DNA of 64,000 nt from Octopus vulgaris (Eukaryota): assembly GCA_951406725.2 (NCBI GenBank), contig OX597839.1, positions 40,362,001-40,426,000 of the forward strand. The letters are read 5' to 3'. Position numbers and translations under genes: made by a program. Under the pieces are notes generated by a model that saw only the letters and a program-made list of their open reading frames with translations, had not been told where the DNA came from and made no database searches. The stretch's first letter is position 1. Each line of letters starts with the position of its first letter. Below are positions 13,626 to 27,469 of this stretch, piece by piece.

Positions 13626-14267
13626 TATGGTGTCCGTCTTTACTTTGTAGTCCCCTACGCTACAGTTGCTTCAAGTTTTCTTGGAGACAAAAATCGCACC
13701 ACAACACAACGAGGAGAAGAATATTGTACATATATTTCTAGATACACAATATCTGACAGCTTTGTTCGATCAAGTACGACTACGAGCTAGTTAACAAAAA
13801 CAAAAATCAACAAAGGGAAATTTTATACCGGAAATAACACAAAGCGCCGACAATTTAGTATCAAAGAACGCAGCAGATCACCATTGATATGCTTGATGCC
13901 TTTGACGTCATTTCCGCCAATCTTCAAATCTAAAGCTATAAAAATATATAAGAACATATATTCATTGCATTATATATGAATATATAATCAGTTAAAAAAA
14001 AAAAAGGAGTTGGAGGGTCATAAAACCAGTAAACCATAGGACAGCTTTTATTGTCATACGTAGATAGGGTTGTATATTTGGCTTTTAATTTCAAACCCCA
14101 CCGAAATTCAAGGCCTCAATAACTGCTACCATCGTGAAAACATACGTATTACTAAGTAAATATTATTAATTTGACAAGTTTTTAACGAAGTTTCTCTCCC
14201 CATATGCACACACAATCAATGTTATATATATATTCACATGTATATATATATATATATATATATTCAT

Positions 14268-14337
<70 letters not shown>

Positions 14338-14732
14338 TCTATGTATGTTACTAAAACAGTTTGATTCGGCTCCATGCGATATAAAATTGCGCAGACCTCT
14401 AACAGAATCCCGTTCGTTTCAGGCTTTGATCAAGGGTCACACAGTCTTCACCTACTAAATACTGTTACAAGGCATCGAGTGGTCCGAGTAGGAAGTAGTA
14501 GGAGTTTGCCTTAGGTGCCACTCATTGAGATTGAACGTTAAGCTATATATTTCTCAAAGCGAATTTTATCTCTCCAAACAGACATGGCTACATATTTAAA
14601 TAGAACAATTAAGCAATACGTATATTTATACAAATACAAATGCATATACATATATATAAATATCGATATATGCACATATATAAATATATATATATATACA
14701 TATATGTTTATGTATATGTGATTGTACACACA

Positions 14733-14801
<69 letters not shown>

Positions 14802-14858
14802 GGATAAAAAGATATAGATATACGTATCTATATATATATATACATGTATATATAAATG

Positions 14859-14903
<45 letters not shown>

Positions 14904-15317
14904 GTATACAGATGTATGTAAAGGCATATGTATATATATATAAAAATGTACATGATGTCTGTATATATATTGGCGCATATTTAGTTGATTGTTTATGAAT
15001 TTCGTCGTGTCCAACTTGATCAAAGAAACAGCTGCAGTTACCGACTTAGGAAAAGCTATGCTTAATGTTTAAATAATACAGTAATTGTTGCTTGCTAGTA
15101 ATTGTGGTTGGTGACGGGTGGTGTTGTTAGCGATGGTGACGGTGGTAGTCGGGATGGTTATGTTGTTTATCACTGTACTAGCGTTTTGCTTGAGGTTTTG
15201 CGTTGGTTGTTGTACTCATAAAGAAAGCCAGTATTTCGAAGAAGACTGTTTTGAAAAAAAGTCGACAGTGATTTAAATATATAACAGACACAAACATACA
15301 TATATGCACACACTTGC

Positions 15318-15425
15318 ATGTATGTATGTATGTATGTATGTATGTATGTATGTATGTATGTATGTATGTATGTATGTATGTATGTATGTATGTATGCATG
15401 TATGCGCGCATGTATGTATGTATGC
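15318..15425. repeat. (TATG)n microsatellite
   Basis: Direct inspection; similar tracts at 48692-48765 and 50645-50796. Confidence 0.95.
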
Positions 15426-15514
15426 ATGTGCTACGTATGTATCTATCTACTTATATATATATATGTATATATATATATATGTGTGTGTATGTATATTTGC
15501 GTATAAATGTGTGT

Positions 15515-15553
<39 letters not shown>

Positions 15554-15629
15554 GCAGCGATATAGAGAGAAGCTGATAAATATAGATATGTATATGTACA
15601 TATAAATATCTATATAGATATGGATGTAA

Positions 15630-15664
<35 letters not shown>

Positions 15665-15852
15665 CATTAACATATGTATATACATACGTATATGCATATA
15701 TACATACATACATACATAAACATGTATATACATATATTTAGTAGAACCGACATGTATATACATATATATAATTGCATATGCATATACATATATATATATG
15801 CATACACATATGTGTATCAATAATACAGAGATTGTTTCTTATCAGGAACAAA

Positions 15853-15900
<48 letters not shown>

Positions 15901-16288
15901 TATATTATATTATATTTACATATGGTTATGGAAGGGTAAATTAAATTTAGTATATGGGGATACATATCCGTGAATATATTATTCTTATTTTTAATTGATA
16001 CATTTATAGAAGTGGAACATGTGCTGCCAATTTTATACATGTTACCAATCTGTGTTTTATGTGAATGTTTATGTGTCTACATTTAAATATATTTACATTT
16101 TATGTCCTACATATTACCTCTGTTGGAATTTGTCTCGTTTTTTCAGATATAAAGAATTTATACGCTGTTCGTGTGATATCTCTACAACAATTAGCAAATG
16201 GGGAGACCACAACGTGGTATCCCTAACGAGTCAATACATTGCTTTTAGTAGTATAAGTATAAGTACCAGTTGTAGTAGTAGTAGTAGC

Positions 16289-16322
<34 letters not shown>

Positions 16323-16537
16323 TAGTAGTAATGGTGTTGATGGTGGTGGTGGTGGTCACGGTGATAGTGGCATATCGAATGGTGATTCTGTTTTCAGTGT
16401 ATTGTATCTGAATACCGGTATGTTCCTTTAGTCCTGTTAATGATCGTCTTAGCGAAGTGTTACGTGGGAAACACACGCATACACACACACACACACGTAC
16501 ACTCGCACACACATACGCACGCACATACACATACATA

Positions 16538-16885
16538 CGTGGCTGTGTGGTAAGAAGCTTGCTTCCCAACCACGTGGCTCCGGGTTCTCTCCCACTGCAT
16601 GGCACCTTAGGGCAAGTGTTTTCAATGATAGTCTCGGGTCGACCAAAGCCTTGTGAGTGGATTTGTTAGACGGAAACTGAAAGAAGCCCGTCGTATATAC
16701 ATATATATGTGTGTGTGTGCATGTGTGTGTGTGTTTTGTTTGTGTGTGCATGTGTGTGTATGCGTCTGTGTGTTTCCACCCCCATCATCGCTTGACAACC
16801 GATGTTGGTGTCTTTACGCCACTGTAACTTAGCAGCTCAGCAAAGCACACCGACAGAATGATTCCAGGTTCGATTTCTTCGACTA
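16538..16885 (+). mobile_element. CORE-like tRNA-derived SINE (diverged)
   Basis: gtggctgtgtggtaagaagcttgcttcccaaccac...ggcaccttagggcaagtgt, with an internal microsatellite. Confidence 0.8.
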
Positions 16886-16937
16886 AAAACATTATGTATG
16901 TATGTATGTATGTATGTATGTATGTGTTTGTATGTAT

Positions 16938-17325
16938 GAATGTCATTGTTCAGTTTTATTTCAAGATTTCTTGCCAAGAGAGAAAGGGTCGATTTCTAAC
17001 CTAGATTGCAGGCTCCTTCATTGGAATTTCAACATCAACAACAGGATATTTTTGTTTGTATGTTTGTACGTATGTGAGCAGATTTGTATATTTTGCTTTA
17101 TGTATGTATTCTCATGCATACAATTGCATATCTACGCATGCTCATATATATTTAAATGATAAACTTCTGGAAAGTTTTACAGATTTTTACAGTTCCAATC
17201 ATGGACTGGATCTGTAGTCTTGGAACTAGCTTTCTCCTTTCTGGGTTTTGAGAAGTCTAATTTCTCAAGATTGGTATTTAGGCAGTGTGCTACATATCCC
17301 AGGAACCCAATAATTACAGGTATAA
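16938..17325 (-). mobile_element. 5'-truncated R4/Dong-like (restriction-like endonuclease) LINE: ORF end plus 3' UTR
   Basis: IPVIIGFLGYVAHCLNTNLEKLDFSKP, then after a frameshift ERRKLVPRLQIQSMIGTVKICKTFQKFII*; matches the PVxIGALG...LQ...GTxKI terminus; flanked by TATG repeats. Confidence 0.75.
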
Positions 17326-17513
17326 TGTATGTATAAATATAAATATTTATGTATGAATGTATGTATGTGTGTATGTATGTATGTATGTATATTTGCAACT
17401 ACGTATGAATGGATATATATGTGTACCTACGTATATATTCCTATATGTGTGCGTGTGTGTATACACAAATAATTCGGTATTCAATATATAATATTTATAT
17501 ATATGTATATATA

Positions 17514-17926
17514 CAGAAGTGGCTGTGTAGTAAGTAGCTTGCTTACCAACCACAAGGTTCCGGGTTCAGTCCCACTTCGTGGCACCTTGGGCAAGTGTCT
17601 TTTACTATCGCCTCGGGCCGACCAAAGCTTTGTGAGTGGATTTGGTAGACAGAAACTGAAAGAAGCCCGTCGTATATATGTATATATATATATATATGTA
17701 TATGTGTGTATATGCTTGTGTCTGTGTTTGTCCTCCCAACATTGCTTGACAACTGATGCTGATGTGTTTACGTCCCCGTAACTTAGCGGTTCGGCAAAAA
17801 GCGACTGATAGAGTAAATACTAGGCTTGCAAAGAATAAATCCTGGGGTCGATTTGCTCGACTAAAGGCGGTGCTCCAGCATGGCCGCAGTCAAATGCCTG
17901 AAGCAAGTAACAGAGTAAGTGAGTAT
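17514..17926 (+). mobile_element. CORE-like SINE, near full length
   Basis: tRNA-like head, ggcaccttgggcaagtgt core, internal (TA)n, tail gcagtcaaatg...aagtaacagagta. Confidence 0.9.
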
Positions 17927-18250
17927 ATATATGTATATATAATATTTGTTAAACTTTACATATAACATACCTCAATTGATTCTTCCCCGGTCTTTTTACG
18001 CACTGAGTTATACATACATATGAGTGTGTGTGCAATTACGTATATACGTACTCACAGAGAGACAGACAGACTGACATACAGACAGACACACACACACACA
18101 CACACATACACATATACACACACATTTGGCTACTTCTTTCTCACTTTTCTTATTCAGATGGCGAGTGTACTGTTGGCGATGTGAGACTTGGTTTGCATTC
18201 GCTGTATCATGGCAGCTGGCATTCGTGATAACAACGATATACCACAGCCA

Positions 18251-18542
18251 TTCAATATAACACACACACACACATACACACACGTATGTATGTATGTATG
18301 TATATATATGAGTTTAATTGTGTGTGTGTGTAAAATATATCTTTCCTAGGATAAAGGAAGAGAAGTCGATCTTTCAATATAACACACACACACACTCACA
18401 CACACACACACATACACACACACAAACACACACACGTATGCATATATGTATGTATGTGTGTATGTATATATGAGTCTAACTGTGTGTCTGTGTGTGTGCA
18501 AAATATATCTTTCCTAGGATAAAGGAAGAGAAAGTCGATCTT
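18251..18542. repeat. Local tandem duplication with differing microsatellite lengths
   Basis: ttcaatataac...aaaatatatctttcctaggataaaggaagaga(a)agtcgatcttt present twice (starts 18251 and 18373). Confidence 0.85.
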
Positions 18543-18935
18543 TGATGGAGCTGGTGGGATAGAGTATTGAATTTTTATTGTCATCGTTATAGGTGTTGTT
18601 ATAGTCGTTGTTATAGTCGTTGTTATGGTTGTTGTTGTTGTTATAGGTGTTTATTCTCATAATCCATTATCTCTTATACCTCGTCTTTTCTTTTGCTTTC
18701 GTCTTCTTCGTCTAACTTCATTCTATAACTTCAACTTTACGTTTTTTTTTGGTTTTGTTCTTTTTCGTTTCTTTCTCATGTTGTATCTGTCCCTCATATT
18801 TTATTTTGTTTTTTGTGTTTTTTGTCTCTCTTTTGTCTTCTCTACTATTTTATGTTCCGTTAGAATTTTATCTTGGTTTTCTTCAAAAATAATCTCATAT
18901 ATATATATATATATATGTGTGTACACATATATATA

Positions 18936-18989
<54 letters not shown>

Positions 18990-19044
18990 CATACATATAT
19001 ATATATATACATATATATATACATATATGTGTATATATATATAT

Positions 19045-19093
<49 letters not shown>

Positions 19094-19172
19094 CATATAT
19101 TACATATACATATATATAGACATATACTGAATGTGTATAGATATGTTACTGTCGATATATATGCATGTGTGA

Positions 19173-19210
<38 letters not shown>

Positions 19211-20444
19211 GCATATATATATACTCATACTGACGCATTCACTTAAACTTCTATGCATATGTCTCTATCTGTTTGTACGTATATGTATATATATATATAT
19301 ATATATATACACACAAATTTCTATACACACACCCACACGCATAATTCTATACCTCCAGCGAATTTTTCAGCTTTCCTCTATTATATAATTCTTTTTTCTT
19401 TCTTTTATAGTTTTTTTTGTTTGTACCTACTTCCCCACTTTATTTACCTTCTGTCTACGTTTATTCATCCTACATATCTTTCTCTATATTTCAAATTTAT
19501 ATCCTACATTTAGTTCAAAAGAAATTTTTATCACGTACGCCATTTTATATTTTTCCCACCCATTTACGTATCTTTGCATTCTCCTTTGCCTTAAAATTTT
19601 ACCTATCTTTCTTTATCCAAAACATCTTTCCTTTCAGTTCACGTTCTTATATATATTTTTTATTTAGATATTCCATCTTTATTTAAATTCATTTTTTTAA
19701 AATTTTTTCTTTCGTTATCCTCCAATATCTTCTTCCTGTCATCACTTCATTTCTTTACCATTTATATCCCACACTTATTTCTTTCGTTCCAATTGTGTTT
19801 TGAAACGTAACTTCGTTTCAAACTAATAGCCGTACCACAATTGGACTAGGTTCATTAGTACATAAACTAAATAGAATTCATATGAATTCGTTATATTTGG
19901 CGTAATTTGCTTTCAAACAACAAAATGATGACAGCCTCCTGTTACAGAAGCATTGATTTGCTCAGCTGTATTGCATCAACGCCATTCGTAATAGTTTCAT
20001 AAAGATGCACAATAATAAATAAAAAAATAAAGAAAGAAAGAACGAAAGAAGTACAATTGGTATGTAAACCACAGATGGGCGTAGGCATGGCTGTGTGGTT
20101 AAAATGCTCGCTTTTCGATCGGGTTCAATCTCTCTGCACAGCAGCTTGACCAATTAACCAATTATTTTTCGCAATGCTCTAAGTAAAAGCAATGTTTTGT
20201 GAGATAATATAGGATAGGGAAACTGTTTGAAGCCCAGAGTGTGTAAATCGACGTTTGTGTGTGTGTGTTTGTTTGTCTATGCTTGTGTGTATGTATCCGT
20301 GTGTGTGTGTGTGAGTGTGTGAATATCTGTGCGTGTGTGAGTGTGGCACGTCTGTATATGTGTGTTCGTGAGCGAGTGCGTGCGTGTGAGTGTTTGTGTG
20401 TGCGTATGTGAGTGAGTGTCTGCGCATTTCTGTGTGCTTGTGGA

Positions 20445-20542
20445 GGAGGTGCATGGATTAGTGATTAGGGGTGTTGGATTTATGATTGTAAGATTGCGTT
20501 TTCGATTCCTGGACTAGGCGACGCATTGTTTTGTTGAGCAAA
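20445..20542 (+). mobile_element. tRNA/CORE-type SINE head fragment
   Basis: Similar to the head at 61508-61600 (ttagtg...ttcgattcc...gcgacgc.ttgt...ttgagcaa). Confidence 0.55.
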
Positions 20543-20556
20543 CGTAAGGACGTACA

Positions 20557-21722
20557 AAATACCTATTTCTTTACTACCCAGAAGGGGCTAAACACAGAGG
20601 GGACAAAAAAGGACAGACAAACGGATTAAGTCGATTATATCGACCACAGTGCGTAACTGGTACTTATTTAATCGACCCCGAAAGGATGAAAGGCAAAGTC
20701 GACCTCGGCGGAATTTGAACTCAGAACGTAGCGGCAGACGAAATACCTATTTCTTTACTACCCACAAGGGGCTAAACACAGAGAGGACAAACAAGGAAAA
20801 AAACAAACGGATTAAGTCAATTATATCGACCGCAGTGCGTAACTGGTACTTATTTAATCGACCCCGAAAGGCTGAAAGGCAAAGTCGACCTCGGCGGAAT
20901 TTGAACTCAGAACGTAGCGGCAGACGAAATACCTATTTCTTTACTATCCACAAGGGGCTAAACACAGAGAGGACAAACAAGGAAAAAAACAAACGGATTA
21001 AGTCAATTATATCGACCGCAGTGCGTAACTGGTACTTATTTAATCGACCCCGAAAGGCTGAAAGGCAAAGTCGACCTCGGCGGAATTTGAACTCAGAACA
21101 TAGCGGCAGACGAAATACCTATTTCTTTACTACCCACAAGGGGCTAAACACAGAGAGGACACACAAGGAAAAAACAAAGGGATTAAGTCGATTATATCGA
21201 CCCCAGTGCGTAACTGGTACTTATTTAATCGACCCCGAAAGGATGAAAGACAAAGTCGACCTCGGCAGAATTTGAACTCAGAACATAGCGGCAGACGAAA
21301 TACCTATTTCTTTACTACCCACAAGGGGCTAAACACAGAGGGGACAAACAGGAACAGACAAAGGGATTAAGTCGATTATATCGACCACGGTGCGTAACTG
21401 ATACGTAATTTATCGAGCCCGAAAGGATGAAAGGCAAAGTTGACCTCGGCGGAATTTGAACTCAGAACGTACCGGCAGACGAAATACCTATTTCTTTACT
21501 ACCCACAAGGGGCTAAACACAGAGGGGACAAACAAGGAAAAAAAAAAAAAAAAACGGATTAAGTCGATTATATCGCAGTGCGTAACTGGCACTTATTTAA
21601 TCGACCCCGAAAGGATGAAAGGCAAAGTCGACCTCGGCGGAATTTGAACTCAGAACGTAGTGGCAGGCGAAATACCGCTAAGAATTTCGACCGTTGTGCT
21701 AACGACTCTGCCAGCTCACCGC
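20557..21722 (-). mobile_element. Meta-like SINE array: one head plus six tandem ~185-bp bodies
   Basis: acctatttct at 20561, 20745, 20931, 21117, 21302 and 21486; single head at ~21670-21722. Confidence 0.95.
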
Positions 21723-22220
21723 TTTAGTCACTCCTAAATTTTAACTGACTCACACATTCATCGCATCAAATTCACTGGGCTTTCTCTTGCCATTGTATCT
21801 AATTCTTGCTGCCTCATTACCATCCTTTCATATTTTCTTCTTTCCCCTTCTCATTCCAAATTCTTTCATTTTCTGAGAAACATGTTTCTTTCTCTCGTTC
21901 TCCTAACGTCCTTATCTTTCGTTCCTTCCTAATTTCAATTTGTAGTCTTCATTCAAAATCATTCACAATTTATATCTGCTTTTGCGTTTTCATTCCATTC
22001 TTCTTTTTATCTTTAATTTCTTTCAGTCATTCATTCTAGCTTTGTCTCTTTTTCTTTTTTATTGTTCATTCTCACCTCGCACCAAAATTCTATTCGCGCT
22101 TGAAATAAAATTTAGTTTTCGTTCTACATTTGTTCTCTACTAATTTTTTATCTTTTCCTTCATTAACGCTCATTCTATGTGAATAAAATTCTTTCGCACA
22201 ATCACCTGTCAATTAATTCT

Positions 22221-22259
<39 letters not shown>

Positions 22260-22485
22260 ACACTCCACTATGGTCTCTCCACCTCCATCCTACCACACAG
22301 TGTTTCATAATGTGTAACGACATTTGGTACCGAGATAGAACTTAAATTGAACTATCACACGCACACATACAGATGGAGAATGGTACATGCATAACACATA
22401 TGTAGCTATGTATATATGTATGCATATCATTAGCTACACGCGCATGCACTCACACACACATCACACAATCGGACACATAACTAAA

Positions 22486-22527
<42 letters not shown>

Positions 22528-22760
22528 AATGCATATATGTATATATACATATACATATATATATGATATATAAATATATGTATATATACATATATATATA
22601 AAATATATATATATCATATTATATATTATTTATATTACATATTATATATATATATATATATACATATATAATAACCAGCCAACTGTACACACGTACACAT
22701 GCATGGAGGTATTCATATATATATATACATATATATACATGCCTCTCTCTCTCTCTCTCT

Positions 22761-22820
<60 letters not shown>

Positions 22821-22835
22821 TACATATATGTATAT

Positions 22836-22894
<59 letters not shown>

Positions 22895-23410
22895 TGTATA
22901 TATATATATATATATGTATGTATATATATATATACATACATCTCTCTCTTATTTATGCATGCACGACGACCCATATATTGTAAATTATGCATATCTTTGC
23001 AAGTATATACATATGTGTATGAACATATGTGTATGTGTGTGTGTCTGTGCATACATATATGCACATTAATATGTGTGATTATACACTAGCATAAATGAAC
23101 CTATCTACGTGTGTGTGTGTATGCACGCGGGCGTGTATGTATGTGCATGTGTATGTCTATGCGTGTGTCTCTGTATGAGAGTCTAGAAAATAGAAAAAAA
23201 AAATTGAAATAAGACCTAATTCTACAGACATTCAATTGATTCCATGTCAAAGGAACGTTTGGAAACATTCATTTTATAAGATAATGTCTGCAACGGCTCC
23301 CTTCGTCGCTGAGTTTCTATGGTATGTCTTTTTGCCTATCTAGCTCCCTCTTTCTCTCTCTCTCTCCCTCTCTCTCTATCTATCTGTCTGTCTGTCTATC
23401 TGTCTATCTG

Positions 23411-23469
<59 letters not shown>

Positions 23470-23567
23470 GTTTGTCTGTCTGTATATCTAACTACCTACC
23501 TACCTACCTACCTGCCTATCTATCTAACTACCTATCTATATCTATCTATCCATCTGTTTATCTCTCT

Positions 23568-23841
23568 TTTCCTCTTCCCTTTTTTTCCCCTTTTTTCTTC
23601 TTTTTTCATTTCTCTTTCCTTGTGTTCCTTTTCCTTTTCTTTTTTTCTTTTTATTCCTTTTATTTTATTCAAAATTTTTTTTTTGTTCTTTTCTTCCCTT
23701 TTACGATCCCTCTTGATCGAAAACCTACGCCACCCCTTTTTTTTTTCTTTTGTTTTTTGTTCTCTTCATCCCCCAAAAGAAAAGCTCTACCTTGTAACTT
23801 GTCCCATCTGTGTGCAGCCCTGTGTGGCCAATAAAGAAACT
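23568..23841 (+). mobile_element. Putative Tx1-related LINE 3' UTR flanked by a duplicated microsatellite block
   Basis: Ends ttgtcccatctgtgtgcagccctgtgtggccaataaagaaa, similar to the 3' end of the LINE at 62323 and SINE tail A. Confidence 0.55.
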
Positions 23842-23980
23842 TATCTATCTATCTATCTATCTGTTTGTCTGTCTATCTAACTACCTACCTACCTACCTGC
23901 CTATCTATCTAACTATCTATCTATATCTATCCATCCATCTGTTTATCTCTCTCTCTCTCCATATATATATATATATATAT

Positions 23981-24272
23981 ATCACCGTGATCACCATGAC
24001 CGACCAGGCTATCAGATGTTGATACACATCTCTGGTCACAATGCGCCTTGCATTGTTTTAGCCTTCAAGTGACGCCACCTCGCTGGCTAAGCGAGCAGGC
24101 CAACAGAAGAAATAGTGAGAGAAAGTCGTTGTTAAAGAGTACAGCAGGGATCGCCACCACCTCCTGCCGGAATGTTTGGGTGTTTACGCTCAATAGACAC
24201 TGACAACACCCGAATCGAAACCGCGATCCTACAGTCGCGAGTCCGCTGCCCTAACCACTGGGCCATTGCGCC
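23981..24272 (-). mobile_element. tRNA-derived SINE (head shared with 43765-44154, different tail)
   Basis: Minus-strand head ggcgcaatggcccagtggttagggcagcggactcgcg with B-box ggtttcgattc. Confidence 0.85.
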
Positions 24273-24273
24273 C

Positions 24274-24336
<63 letters not shown>

Positions 24337-24464
24337 TATCTATTTATTCAAAAATATATATAAATAAATATATATATAAATATACATGCATATACGTGTG
24401 TAATTATGCGTGTATGTGTGTGTGTGCATGCATGCATATATATGTGTGTGTGTGTATACGAATA

Positions 24465-24717
24465 TTCCTTTTATTCTTAGTCATTTGACTGCGGCCATGC
24501 TGCAGCACCACCTTGACGGGTTCTTATCGAGCAAATCGACACCTGACTTATTTTTGAAACCTAGTACTTATCTTATCGGTTTCTTTTACCGACCTGCTAG
24601 GTTACGAGGACGTAAACACACCCACAACGGTTGTCAAAGTGTGATGAGGGGACAAATACACACACGCAGATATATAATATACACATACACACACACACAC
24701 ATACTCACACACATATC

Positions 24718-24758
<41 letters not shown>

Positions 24759-25188
24759 TAATAAAAGGAATTCCAACCTTGTCTGATTTTCACGTTTTAT
24801 TTACAATCTTATAATGATATAATATAATATAATATAATAAAATAAAATAAAATAATAGAATGTTAAATGTTCATTCTTATTGAACTAGTACTTTCATGCA
24901 TTAAATTCTGCAATCTTCAGGTTCATGTAGTAGTGGTGAGAGTCATGCTTCACAATTTTTGACTGTAGCGAGATGATTGAATCTGTGCCTTAAATACACC
25001 TGCGTGGGCTCCAGCACTCTGGAGGCCATGCAGGTGTATTTAAGGCACAGATTTGTGAAGCTTGACTGTCACCACTACTACATGAACCTGAAGATTGCAG
25101 AATTTAATGCATGAAAGTACTAGTTCAATCAGACAAGGTTGGAATTCCTTTTATTAATATATTCTTCTATACATAATCACACACACCC

Positions 25189-25227
<39 letters not shown>

Positions 25228-25385
25228 AGTATATATATAAAAGATATGAGTTCCCGTCGTGTATATACACCACGAGTTTCTTTCAGTTTCAATCTACGAA
25301 ATCCACTCATAAGACTTTGGTCGACACAAGTCTACAGTAGAAGTCACTTGCCCAAAGTGCGGCGCAGTGGGATTGAACCCGGAAA
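24465..25385 (-). mobile_element. CORE-like SINE split by the foldback element inside its internal (TA)n
   Basis: 3' half at 24465-24665 and 5' half at ~25270-25385, in collinear order. Confidence 0.7.
24757..25158. mobile_element. ~400-bp foldback element with a hammerhead-like motif on each arm (probable Penelope-derived inverted duplication)
   Basis: Inverted matches 24757-24788/25127-25158, 24879-24955/25052-25129 and 24980-25014/25019-25053; motif tgaac-CTGAAGA-t-tgca...tgca-t-GAAA-gtac-TA-gttca at 25083-25127 (+) and 24881-24925 (-). Confidence 0.85.
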
Positions 25386-26162
25386 CATATATAATATATA
25401 TGCAGGTATATATATCTAACTACTTAGCCCTCTATCTGTCTGTCTATCTATCACTCACCCTCTCCCTACCGCTCTCTCTCTCTTTCTATATATATATATG
25501 TGTGTGTATGTGTGTACATATATATATATATGACTGTATGACTGTATGTATGTATGTATGTATGTATGTCACAGATAGGTGTGCGTCTGTTTTTAATATT
25601 CGTTATTTCTGTCAAAAGATATAAGCATTGTTTCTTCGCATCAGAATGTTATCGCGGGCAAGTGTATGTGTGTGTGTGAGTGTGTGAGTGAGAGTGTGAG
25701 AGAGAGAGAGAGAGAGAAAGAAGGAAAAGGAAAGTAACTGAGTGTGTTCTTGTATTTGTGTTTTTTTTTGTGTTATCGTAATCTTTAATGATAAGCAAAA
25801 AAATTGTTGCGTATGGTACATTAGTACCCGCCATAAAATTTTTCAATTTCAATATCACTCTAAGCTCGAGAACATGTACGCATATCACACACAAACACAC
25901 ACACACACAGACACACACACACACATAAACACGCACACAAACATACACACACAGACACGCACACATTCAGAAAAATATACGGGTAGATATATGCATATAT
26001 ATGTATGGACGTTTACAGATATATGCACACACACACAGGTATCTATATTTAAGTATATATGCATGCAAAGCTATTTAGATAGGTATTTACAGAGATTAGT
26101 AACATATTGGCTGTTTGTAAAAACCTATGAGAAACAATTTATATTATATAATATGAACGCAC

Positions 26163-26203
<41 letters not shown>

Positions 26204-26313
26204 TACTTATATATATGCATATATACGCATATATAAATATATATATAACTGTACATATATGTATATATACATATATATGTATATAGACATACATATATAT
26301 ACATATGTATCCA

Positions 26314-26364
<51 letters not shown>

Positions 26365-26429
26365 GCATACATTCACACACATATATATATATGCTTACAT
26401 ATATGCATATATACATTATATACATACAC

Positions 26430-26508
<79 letters not shown>

Positions 26509-26902
26509 TTATACATACATATATGTATACATATACATATGTGTACTCGCACATATATATATACATATGTATACACGCACACATATATACATATATACAT
26601 ATATACACACATGTATAAATATATATACATATATACGCGTATATATATATATACAAATGTATCTGTGTGTGAATGTGTGTTTGTAAACATGACAGCATTT
26701 CTTACATGTATGCGTTTATATCCATAAACACAGACACCCAAACACACGCTCACATTTATATACCCATTTATGCACACATATACATAAGTGTATTTCTTGC
26801 GTCATGCGCATTTGTACGAGAGAATGTCCCACAAGAACTCACCAGAATATATCTGAACTCGTCTCAGTAAAGTGCTCTTTACTGAATGTGCTCAACGAAT
26901 AA

Positions 26903-27301
26903 TCTTTATATATAAAAGTGCGGTTGTGTACTGTCTGTCTTCTACGATTTAGATTCCTAACTACTCCCACATCTTGCAGTGCAGTTTAACCAAAACCGGG
27001 TATCTTATAGTCTTGATTCATATCGAGCCCTTCTGGGTATTAGCGCGCGTCTACGATGAGTCTACGATTTTAAAAAAAATTACCATCAATTTTTCCCATT
27101 TTTAATGCATTTTTGGCATATAATAAGGGAAGTAAATCTCTAAAAATTTATTATTAAATCTCAGAACGTAAAAAGCTACAGTAACCCACCCACCCCTTTG
27201 TGGTTAACCATATTGAGATGGCTATTATACTTTACATCTCTAAAAATGCTTATATAGTTATTTCCCTTACAAACCCGAGCAACACCGGGCGATACTGCTA
27301 G
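26903..27301 (+). mobile_element. Non-autonomous Helitron
   Basis: A|TC start (tctttatatataaaa), subterminal hairpin cccgagcaacaccggg, CTAG|T end; second copy at 44697. Confidence 0.85.
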
Positions 27302-27469
27302 TTAAATATAAAACAAAAATAACACGTGGCTATGATGTAAACATATTAATACACTGAACTAGTCTTTCTCTGATATATCATACACATAGAAAATAATGTC
27401 TCTTCTGTGGCAAACGTTTGTTCCTGTTGCCATTCAGTTCTTTACAGAGAGTAAAATATCCGTCTTGTG

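Noticed and set aside
13903-13943. TGACGTCA, CCAAT and TATAAA in a promoter-like order
   Set aside because: Spacing is too tight, there is no downstream gene evidence, and such motifs are common in AT-rich DNA
20557-21722. Regular array superficially like CRISPR, and its 208-aa ORF
   Set aside because: Whole units repeat with no unique spacers, there are no cas genes, and the units are SINE bodies
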